Below are positions 40,561 through 51,700 of a DNA stretch of 64,000 bases, piece by piece. The number at the start of each line of letters is the position of its first letter. Position 1 is the first letter of the stretch. Source of the stretch: Octopus sinensis (taxonomy: Eukaryota); NCBI RefSeq assembly GCF_006345805.1, contig NC_043010.1, positions 56,668,001-56,732,000 on the forward strand, written 5' to 3'. Below the pieces are notes generated by a model. The model saw only the letters and a list, made by a program, of their open reading frames with translations. It was not told where the DNA came from and did not search any database. Both the position numbers and the translations under genes were made by a program.

Positions 40561-40737
40561 GTATGTATGTATCTATATAAGAATCTAAGTGTAGGAGGTT
40601 TGTAAGCTTCAAGCAGTTTGTGGTAGGATTTTCAAACTATGTTTTCAGGGAGTTAACTTGGGACTCTTTAATGACAATGTAATCTTCATATGATTAAGAT
40701 ATCTTTACCACACTCTCTTTCACTCTTTCTCTGTATA

Positions 40738-42355
40738 CAACGGTGCCATTTAATTTAAGAATGCTCATATACTAATGTTAAAATGGCATTTTTTATATAT
40801 TCAAGTTGTAAATTGTGAATTAAGATGTTTATCAAAATGAAGAAAATTTCACATATACAATTTTACAGCGTGACATCAACGTATTTTAAATTAAAAATAA
40901 ATCTTAATTACCGTAATTTATAGCACCATTTAATTTAAGAATGATTTGTAAAATTTTACTTTTTTGCTTTAAAAAATTTATTCTGAGATAAATTAAAAAA
41001 TAAAACAATGATAAGCTCACACAATCAGTATTTGGTTGGGTATCCAAAATTACTTTATACAGTTTTGCATCTGTGAAACAGAATCAGCTCATTTATCACT
41101 GTTCCTGAGATTTTTTCCCAATTTTGGCTAATGTTAAAAAAATTATCCTTATTCTTTGGTTTACTACTTTGCACAGCTCTACTCAACTTTTCCCAAAGAT
41201 TTTTGATGGGATTTAGGTTGGGTGACTGCACCAGCCACTGCATCGACTGAACTCTCTTAGAATTAATGTACTCTCTGACTAGGTGCAAGGTGTGTTTTGG
41301 GTCGTTGTCATGCTGGAAAGTCCAAGATCAGCCCAAATGCTTTTGGATGTATGGAAGCATAGTCTTATCCAATATTTCTAGATAGATCTTACTACCCATA
41401 ATGCCCTTGATTCAGACTATAGGACTAATGCCTTTTTTAGACATGCACCCCAACACCATTACACTTCCACCATGTTTAATTGTAGGTTGGATGCATTCTG
41501 GATGATATTCTTTGCCTATACACCTTCTTGCATACTTCTTGCCATCATTGCTGAACAAGTTGAACTTTGACTCATCTGATTACAGCACATTTGAGCAATC
41601 TGTTGGACTCCAATTCAAATGCTCTTTTGCAAACTGTATTTGAGGACGTCGATTTTTTAAAGAAATGTATGACTTTTTGCGAGAGACTCTTCATAGAAGT
41701 CCAAATTCTTTGAGATGGTTAATTATGGTGGACATTCCAGTGGTAAGTCCATATTTTTGCCAAATTTCTTTTAAAATGTCATCAGCAGTCATTTTTGGTT
41801 TTTTTTTAGGGACGGTCTATGAATGTATCTATCCATTCTTGCCATTGTTTTTCTTGGTTACCCAGGTCGAGAGCGGGCTTTATAATGATTAGTTTCTTTA
41901 TAAAGATGGACAGCATTGTAGACGGCTGTTTTAGAACATCCAACTTATTTTGAAATAGCTTTATATGACCATTTCAGCCTACTAAGCTGAACGATCCTCA
42001 CTCTGGTTTCTGATGTTAAGTTTTGTCTCTTACCCATCACAACTATTAAGTAACTTAAAAATTGTAACGGTGTGGAATTTACCCTACCTTTATGTTAGTC
42101 AATTTGGCAAAAAAAAATGAAACTTTGCGAATTGTTCTTAAATTAAGTGGCGACATAGATTATGCAAAATAAAGATTGTTTTTAATTTAAAATTGATATG
42201 TTGCTGCTATGCTGTAAAGTTGTATATCATATTAAAGCTTGTGAAATTTTCTCTATTTTGATATACACCTTAATTCACCATTTACAACTTGAATATATAA
42301 AAAAATGCCATTTTAACATTAGTATACTAGCGTTCTTAAATTAAATGGCCCACTA
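40738..42355 (-). mobile_element. Tc1-family DNA transposon (IR/DR type), degenerate transposase
   Basis: Flanking TA at 40736-37 and 42356-57. TIRs of ~220 bp. Minus strand encodes SDESKFNLF, KHGGSVMV, FQHDNDPKHT and QSPNLNPIKNLW. Confidence 0.92.
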
Positions 42356-42479
42356 TATCTATAATGCTGCTGAGTGTATGTCTGTGTGTGTGTATGTATA
42401 TGTGTAAGGAATTTCATTGGGGCTACAAAATTGAAAGATCCTCACAGAGCATCAGAAAAGGGATAGACTTGATGATATG

Positions 42480-42850
42480 TGAACATGAGCCTCCCTCACA
42501 TTGTCCGACTATCTGGAGATGGCAAGGTGCTGAATCCTGCAGCCACACATATGAACTTCCAATAGCAACCCTTTCCAGCCAGGGATTGACCAGTCTTCAG
42601 CAGCTTCACATGGCCATTGAGCCTAAGGACGTCGATTGGCATGATGTTGTTCTCACTGGAAACATGCCCAAAGACCATCACAGTTTGGAGGGACTTGGTC
42701 TTCATGTTGTCCATGTCATGTCTTACAGCCTTTACAGTGTTTACAGAGCACTAAGCTGTACTCACGATGTCAGCATTTTGACACCTAGAGCAAATCATTG
42801 TGATATGCCAATATTCAGATGGCTTCTAGTTTTCCATGTCAGCTAACATT
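42480..42850 (-). mobile_element. Tc1/mariner (maT/DD37D-like) transposase fragment
   Basis: MKTK..TVMVFGHVSSE..MP, then a frameshifted V(W)LQDSAPCH-like segment. Confidence 0.6.
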
Positions 42851-42964
42851 TTCTGAACTACAATTTTAATATTTATGCTTTCCAATGCTGTTGATTGTTC
42901 ACTAATACATTATGCTGTTTCTGAAAAGAGGAAACAAAAAAAAATGTCAGATTTAGTCCAAACA

Positions 42965-45900
42965 TCCTGTATATAATAAGCTTAGTAGCTGGCTTTTACA
43001 GCCCTAACCATCTATATTATAATAGAAAATTCAGCCATCCAACCATTCGATCAACCGTCTGAAGCTGTATAAAGGACTGAAATGCATGATTTGGGTGGTG
43101 GAGGTTCAACAATTCGAATTGGAATAACAGAATAAAATTCATGAGTTGTTATCCATGTTGGAATTCATGTGCCTGTTTAGTGTATTTTCATGACTCAACA
43201 TTTCCTAAGTATTTTGATTTGCTTAGCGGTGTTAAGCAGCCATTCATATAAGAATGGCCATTATCGTAAACCAGCCAGTGTTCACTTTTTAAGTGTTATC
43301 AGTTTTGTTCATTGGAATTTGTGTACCTTTTTTGTGTATTTTCATGACTCGATTCGTCTTGCGGTGTTTAACTGCCATTCATTAAAGAATAACCATCGTA
43401 CAATAGCCTGTGTTCGCTTTTTAAGAGTGCACACTATCACCCGTTAATAATAACAGTCATCCATTAAATAAAATTAAATAAAGTATGACTTACTTGTGCG
43501 AACACACATGATTAACAGCATGTACCTGGTACCAGGTAAGGTGTGTGGCTCATGTGACAGTAAATACCCACCGTGCAACAGCTAGTGTTCACTTCTTTGG
43601 CTTGATCGAAGTTTCAGTTTTTTTCATTTTCCTCACAACAGACTGAAGACCCCCAAGACAGAGCTCTCTGCATGGTTGAGGAAGAAACCAGGTAGCCCGT
43701 CATTTGGTCAGAAATGCATTTCAACCTCTTGTTGGCAAAAGCAGAGAAGGAGGGAAAAACAGCCCATCAAAAAAGGCAATGGCAATCATGGAAACAGCTG
43801 TTCACTTGCTGCAAGCAGCAATGCTGCCAGTCACAGCTGAGATGATAAGAAGGTGGAAAGCAGAAAGGCAAAGGGCAAGACAGAGGAGGCACAAAGATCA
43901 GTACAACAAATTGATGGTGAGAGACAAAGAGGCAGCAGGACAAGAAGAGCAAGGTGCAGAAGAGCAAGGTGCAGCTGAGTTAGAGAGAGGTAGAGCATGA
44001 AGAGCTGCAAGACTGCAATAAGAAATGGCTAGAGTTGCTGACATTGAAAGTTTGCAACTCTCTGATCTTCCACTTGAGCACTCTCTTGGGCAAATGACGC
44101 AAGTCTGTGCATTTTGTTCAACATTGGGATTCAGAAGTGAAGAAAGCAAGTCATGTGGAGGTGAACTTTGTTTTGGTCAAATGTGCTGCAATGGAGGCAA
44201 GATCAATTTTCCCCACTTTCCTGTGCCACCACAAACATTGAGAAATCTTATTTTTGGTCAAGATGATGCTTCATTCTACTTCAAGAAAAACACTTGAATA
44301 TTCAGCTCTGGCATGGCTATGGCAACCCTGAAAGTGGCCAACAAGTCTCTCCCAGGTGCATCAATGATTTGTGTTTAAAGCAAAGTGGTGAGAAGATTTG
44401 GCCCAATCAGAAACTCCAACCGAAACAACAGCCACGGCATTCAAACTTATTGGTTGGATCCTCAAGTGCAAGCGCAACACAGGACATCATTGCTTTCTGG
44501 ATTGTCATCAGAAGAAACTGCAAGAACCAGAATTTTTTTCAAGTGCCACACTGCATTGATGGAGGCTGAGAACAGTCAACGAAATGGTTGCAGACCACCA
44601 ATTGACAGATTTTCAAATTGGATTCCATGCTGACAAGCATCCAGTGGGAGAACATGAATGAAGCTTCAACATGCCAACAGCATCTAAGGTTGCAATTCTG
44701 ATGCCGAATGACATTGATTCTTTGTGAGCCTGCAGAGCCAAGAAAACTGTATGATCAATTCATGGATGACATGATGGAAGACTTTTTGCACAAACACTCT
44801 CAAACAAACCGACTTTCTGAAGAGGTCTGCATTGCCAAAGCAACCAATGATGTGTTCCTTTGATATGCAAGTGGAAGATTTTCCCAAAACAACTGGAGAT
44901 TTTTCTCTTCCTGCTGCATGCAGATCATGATCAAGAAACAGAAGATGATGAAAATTTTCTTGACACTGATGATTGTGAAGGACAAACGGATCATTTTGAA
45001 TGTCATTTCTAACAATGCAATGCGGAGCAGAAATTGATCTTGGAAACAATTCAACAAAAATACAACAACAATGAAGGAGGGTTTTTCTTTGTGGATGCTC
45101 CAGGCGGAACTGGAAAAACACTTTTGTTGAACTTGTTGAAAGAATATTGCATCAGCTGGAAGTGGTTTGGCTTCATCACTGTTGCTGTATGGGGTCAACA
45201 GCTCATTCAACATTTGCTTACCCACTTGAAATTGATGAATGTTCAGTGTGCAAAATTGGTTCAAAAAGCAAAACAGGCAAAAATTTGATTGCTGCCAAAT
45301 TGATTGTCTGGGATGAGAGACCAATGTTGATGATGGAACTCCTTGATTTGACTGACCAGTTGTTGAGAGATTTGACTCAAAATTACAAACCATTTGGTGG
45401 AAAACTCTTTGTGGCAGCAGCAAATTTTTGGCAAATCCTTCCAGTCATCAGAAAAGCCATCCGGTCACAAATTGCATATTCAATCATCAAGAGATCTGAC
45501 TTGTGGGATCAATGCCAAGTGATGACATTGTGCAGAAACATGAGAGTTGAGCAGAACATTCCAGAAGGAGATGAAGAAAACAGAGCCAGGCTCATCAATT
45601 ACAGCAATTGGTTGTTGCAAACTGGAGAAGGCAAAGCTCCATGTGTTTCAGGCAATATAATTCAACTTCCACAAGAAATGTGTTGCTCCACTGATGATGA
45701 CATTGTCAATTTTGTTTACAATGACTTTGAAAACCATATTGGAGACCACAAATATTTTTCATCAAGAGCAGTTTTGAGCACAAAAACAAAACAGTTGAAA
45801 AATTGTATCGTCATGCTCATCAGAAACCTTGACTTGAGTGGTGGTCATTGCAATAGAGTCAGATACATGGTGACAGATGTCAAGGATCATCTCATTGCTG

Positions 45901-46420
45901 CAAGGAAATTGGAGGATACCAACTCGATTTGTTTCATTCTCAGAATTGAAGTGATGGACACAATCAAGTTTCTCTTGGAGATTCATGAGACGGCAGTTTC
46001 CTGTGAGGTTGGCCTTTGCAATGACCATCAACGAATCACAGGGAAAATCTCTTGACAGGTGTGGCATCATTCTTCCCAGCAGTGTCTTTTCTCACAGTCA
46101 ACTTTATGTTGCTTTGTCAAGGTGTGGGAACAATCTCAACATTAGAATGTGAGCTGATGAAGAATCATTCAAAAGGTTCAACATGCCAAGTTTGACATTC
46201 ACTCAAAATGTTGTGTACACAGAAGCCTTGGAAAGAAACATCAGAACCAACATTAGATCAAACAAACAAAATGAAACAAATTAAAAATTTTCACTCTTGC
46301 TCTTTTTGCTTCGATCAACTACAGGCTATGTGATTTGGTTTGTCTGTTTTCCACAGCCAACTGCAATCCTGTGTGCAGCACAGCTAGAACGCAAGGGCTA
46401 AGTAGCCGCAAAGTGGCTGG
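42965..46420 (+). mobile_element. Internally deleted Helitron (RepHel remnant)
   Basis: A|TC start and 3' hairpin AGCCGC-AAA-GTGGCT ending CTGG|T. Cys-rich N-terminus (LGQMTQVCAFC..CCNGGK). PIF1 motifs [44 protein letters not shown] and QLYVALSR. Confidence 0.88.
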
Positions 46421-47072
46421 TGTATATAAAACAAATTCACAATTTCTGTTAATTAGTTTACATTTTGAAATGTATTAATGAGGAAGGTTTTGCATCTGAG
46501 CTGTATTTCCTATCAAATATGCAATAATCTGAAACAGTATTAAATACTTTCAAATTATCTTGGTTTGACTTCATTATTATTATTTTATATATATAGATAT
46601 ATAATATATAAAAGTTGTGTTTATTGCGACTTTAACATGAATGTTCTCTAAGAACTGATGATACTGCTATTTTAAGTCCAGGAAGACATCTCCTGCAGCT
46701 GGTTATTCAGTGCAGTTTCACACTCGATATTCATTGCAAGCGGGGAAGAACTCCTGCCACCCTAGCTCAGAGACCACCAGATCATGTGATTTTGATCTTA
46801 TTGGATCACTTGGGTGGTGGGCACTCCTTTGCCAGATATAGCATTAGTCTGACCTTGCTTGCAATATGTAAAAAATACAGTGTCATGCAATCACCGATCT
46901 CGTAATTAGCAAACTAGTCCATTAGAAAATCCCTGTTTGAGATAGAAGCAGTAAATGAACCAAAAAGTAGTGTTTATCACTACTTTAACATGGCTGTTCT
47001 CTCAGAACTGACGATATTGCTGTATATACATTACAGTAATATTGGCACCAAGCAGTGTTTAGGCATAAGCAT

Positions 47073-47302
47073 ACTTTAGGTTAGTTAAAATATGTTTGTG
47101 ACATATTTCAACTGCTAAAGGTAACTTCACTGCAGTTACCATGGAGAAAAATTCTCTCTTGTGGTAAAAATAGTGTAAAAGGACAGATATGGTGTTTTTA
47201 TACCTTTTTTTTATAAGAGAGAATTTTTCTCCATGGTAACTGCAGTGAATTAGCCTTTAGCAGTTGAAATATGTCAGAAACATATTTTAACTAACTTAAA
47301 GT
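47073..47302. repeat. Fold-back element: 88-bp inverted repeats around a 54-bp spacer
   Basis: 47073-47160 versus the reverse complement of 47215-47302 differs only by two substitutions and a TAAC/CTAA shift. Confidence 0.92.
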
Positions 47303-47310
47303 TCATATAT

Positions 47311-47356
<46 letters not shown>

Positions 47357-47357
<1 letters not shown>

Positions 47358-47640
47358 GGTGTGTAGCCTAATGGTTAGGGTGTTGAACACACAATTGCTA
47401 GATCATGGGTTTGATTCCTGGTTTGGGCAGCACATTGTGTTCTTCAGTAGAACACTTCATTTCACTTTGCTCCTGTAAATGGGTAACCCTGTAACAGAGT
47501 GGTCTTCTGATCGGGCCAAATATTGGCCTACTCGCCTAGCCAGAGGAGTGACAGCATTCAAAAGCTGAAACATAGTGAAGCGCATTGTAATCAGTAATGT
47601 AAAACAACAGCTGATAGTCTGGTTAATACCATGTTACTGT
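47357..47640 (+). mobile_element. tRNA-derived SINE (CORE-like body, shared tail)
   Basis: TAGCCTAATGGTTAGG A-box and GGGTTTGATTCC B-box; GTGTTCTTCAGTAGAACACTT...GTAAATGGGTA. Confidence 0.7.
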
Positions 47641-47684
47641 GATTTATATCTATATCTATATCTATATCTATATCTATCTATCTA

Positions 47685-47770
<86 letters not shown>

Positions 47771-48431
47771 TATATATATATATATAAGTATGTATGAAGT
47801 AGTGTATCAGAGAAAATGAAGATGTTTGTGGAAGTGTGTGAAGAATGATAATGACACTTGTTTTTACGGACACTGAAGAGAAAGAGATATGAAAGTGTCA
47901 TTATGAGAGGCTATTGAATGTAGAGAATGCATGAGAGTGAGACTCTGTTCCATGTAGAGTCTGACAGAGGAACTAACCACTGAAGTTGACAACAATATGG
48001 TCTCAAATACAATAGTGCATATGAAGGCAGGAAAGGCATTTGTTACACTTGTTAGTGACTGTTTACATCACTTAATTGTAAAAAAAAAAAAGTCTGTCTC
48101 ATAATATTTTTCGTATTGGAAAAGAAACTTATGTCTTACAGAATATCTTTGTTCACTGTATAAAATGGTGCAGTTTCTCATCTGTCGCCAGCACTTGACA
48201 AACATGGAAATTCTATGTAAAACATGACATCCAAACTTATCATAAGAGAGTGTGCAGTTATGTTGCTTGTCACTGAATACAATTACATGAACAAGTAGAA
48301 AAGAGGTGTTTACTATTGTGCTTTGGCTTCTCGTCAGAAGGTTATAAAAATGACTGGAGTTGAGAAATTACTCTGATACCTTCTGCATGAAACGAATATA
48401 GTTAAATAAGGACTAACATATTTAATGTGTA

Positions 48432-48745
48432 GAGGCGCAATGGTCCAGTAGTTAGGGCAGCGGAATTGCAGTCATAGGATCACGGTTTCGATTCCCAGAC
48501 CAGGCATTGTGAGTGTTTATTGAGTGAAAACATCTAAAGCTCCACAAGGCTCCTGCAGGGGGTGGTGGCGATCCCTGCTGTAATCTTTCGCCACAACTTT
48601 CTCTCAGTCTTTCTTCTGTTGACCTGCTTGCTTAGCCAGTGGGGTGGCGTCATTTGAAGACTAAAACAATGCGAAGCGCATTGTGACCAGCGATGTGTAG
48701 CAACATCTGATAGCATGGTCAGTCATGGTGATCACGGTGATATTT
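48432..48745 (+). mobile_element. tRNA-derived SINE (different body, shared tail)
   Basis: TGGTCCAGTAGTTAGG A-box and GGTTTCGATTCC B-box; tail GCGAAGCGCATTGTGACCAGCGATGTGTAGCAACATCTGATAG. Confidence 0.75.
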
Positions 48746-49689
48746 AATGTAGTGAGCCAACACAGATTTTTATTACAGTTACACATATAGTGAAGAAATA
48801 AAATTATTAGCTTTAATGATTATTTCTGATTAAGATAGGGACGGGAGAAGAATTCCAAAATTAAACTTAGTTAAAACTTGGGGACATGCAGTGAGGAATC
48901 TAATGTTTGCTAGATATAATGGTAACAGCACATCTTCTGCTCTTATTAGACCTCACCAGCAGAACATAGCTCATACTCATTCCCCACTACAGCCCCTGCT
49001 CCCATTCAATTCTAAGTTATTTAAAACTTCAGAGTTATCTCCCTTGCCTTTCTTGTGCAGAAAGAGGCAAGAATGCTCTGCTGGACCTGTAATGTTGAAT
49101 ATGTTGAACAGAGTAGACGTGAGCTGAGAGAAATCCTGTGTGTAAGGGAAACGAGACGTATGTACAGAGGACGTCAGTTGGAGGAAGAAGTGACAGGCAA
49201 TCCAAGTGGAAGGAAGCTACAAAAGAGGAAGTTTGGGAAGAAGAAAAAAACCTCTACAATATAGTATCTAATGTAGGCCATCACCAAAGGATGCTGTGTG
49301 AGAGAAGACCCATTCAACTACCATGGAAATGGCTGTAAAATACTAAGAAATGAGTCATTTAGTTAGTTTTATGTTCCTCTTTAGCAGAGGTGTAACTTTG
49401 GTTAATTAAATTTGTTTGGTTTAGTACGTATATTTAGCATTTGCCAAATTTTTTTTTTTTATGCAGACAGACTCCTTAGGTAATTTCTCCCAGTCATTAA
49501 ACTTTACTGATTGGTTGATAATGTGGCTAAAGTTTTAATTTTGATAATATATTGTACTTTGGAGTTTGTAACTGACACAAATGGGTAAGAAAGGATAAAA
49601 ACTCTGTCTTTAGTATTGGTAATATTTGATGGTTAGCTGTATGTCCTATGGAAATAGGGTCTGGATTAACTGGTGGATTCTTGGAAAAT

Positions 49690-50125
49690 CATTATTATCA
49701 TCATTTAACATCTGCTTTCCATGCTGGAATGGGTTTGACAGTTTGATTTGGAGTTGGCCAGTTGGGAGTTGTCCAAACTCTGTCTGTTGTGGCATGGTTT
49801 CTGCAGCTGGATGCCTTTCCTAGCACCAACCACTTAACAGAGTGTGCTGGGTGCATTTTATGTGCCACCGGCACAGGTGTGTTAATGCAGCACTGGCATA
49901 AGTATTTTTATGTGGTACTGGCACCTGAAAGGACAAGCCTGGATGTATTGAAGACAGGGATTTTACTTAGCTTGACACATCTTATCAAGTACAGCAAATT
50001 GCCACATCTCCTGGTCCCTTGTCAATTCCTCAGTGAGGCCCAGCATCCAAAGATTTTTTCTCACCACTTCATCCCATATCTTCTTGGGTCTACCCCTTCC
50101 ATGGGTATCCTCTAGAGTTAGAGCT
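49690..50125 (-). mobile_element. RTE 3' region
   Basis: (ATC)n-like tail, TTTAACATCTGCTTTCCATGCTGG and CTGGATGCCTTTCCTAGCACCAACC. Confidence 0.8.
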
Positions 50126-50406
50126 TGGCACTTCTTGAGAAATGATTATAGATCTATTGAGGTTTTTTTCCTATTAAATCTGGTTGTTGCTAAACCGCAG
50201 GTCAGTCATGAGCAAGCAAATTCATGATCCCTGTATTCCAACTATGACCATCCTGTCATTTCATGTATCTACAATTAGATTATTCAATGTGTCTATCTTA
50301 AAAATAAGATGGCAGGGTGTGATTGCTATATCTAGCAGGTGAATTCCTTCTGACCCATGCATGGGGAAGTGGGTATTAAAATGGGGAGAATGGTGATAAA
50401 TGAATG

Positions 50407-51670
50407 TATAATAATAATAATAATAATAATGAAATTATTGTATACAGTGCTCAGGTGCACCACAACTTGTCAGAAAGTGCATATAAAGTACATGCAGTAA
50501 TGTAGAAATGTCTGGAAAGCGAACAATGTATGAGTCAGATACATGCTTGTGTGTGTATGGAGGGGAGAAAATCAAGTGTAGTGTTGGCGAATCTCAGGAA
50601 GCATGGAAGTTTTGAAGGATGCAGTGCTCCGACAACTAACAACTGATGCCGGCAGTTTGTTCCATGCTTCAGCAACTCTCAGTGTGAAAAAATGTTTCCT
50701 GAAGTCATGGGAGCTGTGCTGTTTTCTTACTTTGTAAATATGTCCATGGGTGTTAGATGGGTGGAGTTTGAAAAGGTGCTCAGAGTTATTGTTTGTACGA
50801 TGGTTGATAATTTTATGGGTGTCTGCCAAGTCAGCTGCCAGACGTCGGAGTTTCAATGTATCCATGCCCAGGGAAGTAAGGCGTTCAGGATATGGCAAAT
50901 GCCTGATAGAGGGTATTCTTTTGGTTGCACGTCGCTGAACAGCTTCCAGACGATTGATATCCTGGGCAAAATAGGGGTTCCAGACCGGTGATGCAAATTC
51001 CAGGTGAGGTCTTACCATAGCTATATAAAGCCGCAGATAGATAGCCGGAGAGCGGTTCACAAAGGATTTGGTGAGTGATGCCAAGACACCCTCAGCCTTC
51101 TTGACAATTTTAGCGATGTGTTTTGTCCAACGCAAATCACTGTCGACAATAACACCCAGGTCACGTTCACATGAAGACTTTTTGAGACTAGTGTTGTGGA
51201 GGGAGTAGGTGGACGCTGGGTTTCTCCTCCCAAAATGCATGGTGGTACATTTGTCCACAGCCAGCTTGAGTTGCCAGTCCATGATCCACTGCTGCATTGT
51301 GTCCAGGTCTGCTTGCAATAGAGATCTATAGTGTACAGGATTTGACCTCTTTATTTCGAGGTACAGCTTGATGTCATCTGCATATTTCAGCACTGTGGCA
51401 TTCTTTAAGTTGGCATCTATATCATTAACATATGCAACAAATAAAAGGGGGCCAAGAACAGATCCCTGTGGTACACCAGATGTCATCTCATAGGGCGAAG
51501 AGTGCTGTCCTAGAACTGTGACAACCTCTTTTCGGCTGAAAATAAAGGACTTTAACCAGTTATAGAGTTCGTCTCTTACACCCAACGCAGAAAGCTTCAC
51601 CATAAGTCTTTTGTGTGGCACAGAGTTAAAAGCCTTAGCAAAGTCCAGGTAAACAACATCCACCCAGGAT
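50407..51670 (-). mobile_element. Young, 5'-truncated CR1-group LINE
   Basis: Uninterrupted 363-aa ORF (50572-51663): YLDFAKAF, SGVPQGSVLGPLLF, YADD, ERDLGV, RPHLEFASPVW, LEAVQRRATK, FFTLRV. (ATT)n tail; CpGs intact. Confidence 0.93.
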
Positions 51671-51700
51671 CCACGATCCTGTATGCATGTCTATATATAT

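Noticed and set aside
48432-48510. tRNA gene (likewise the heads at 10715, 47357 and 56570)
   Set aside because: A and B boxes are present, but no complete cloverleaf was evident and each continues into a SINE body.
50397-51692. Target-site duplication for the young CR1 (ATGAATGTATA vs ATGCATGTCTA)
   Set aside because: Two mismatches and an ambiguous junction.
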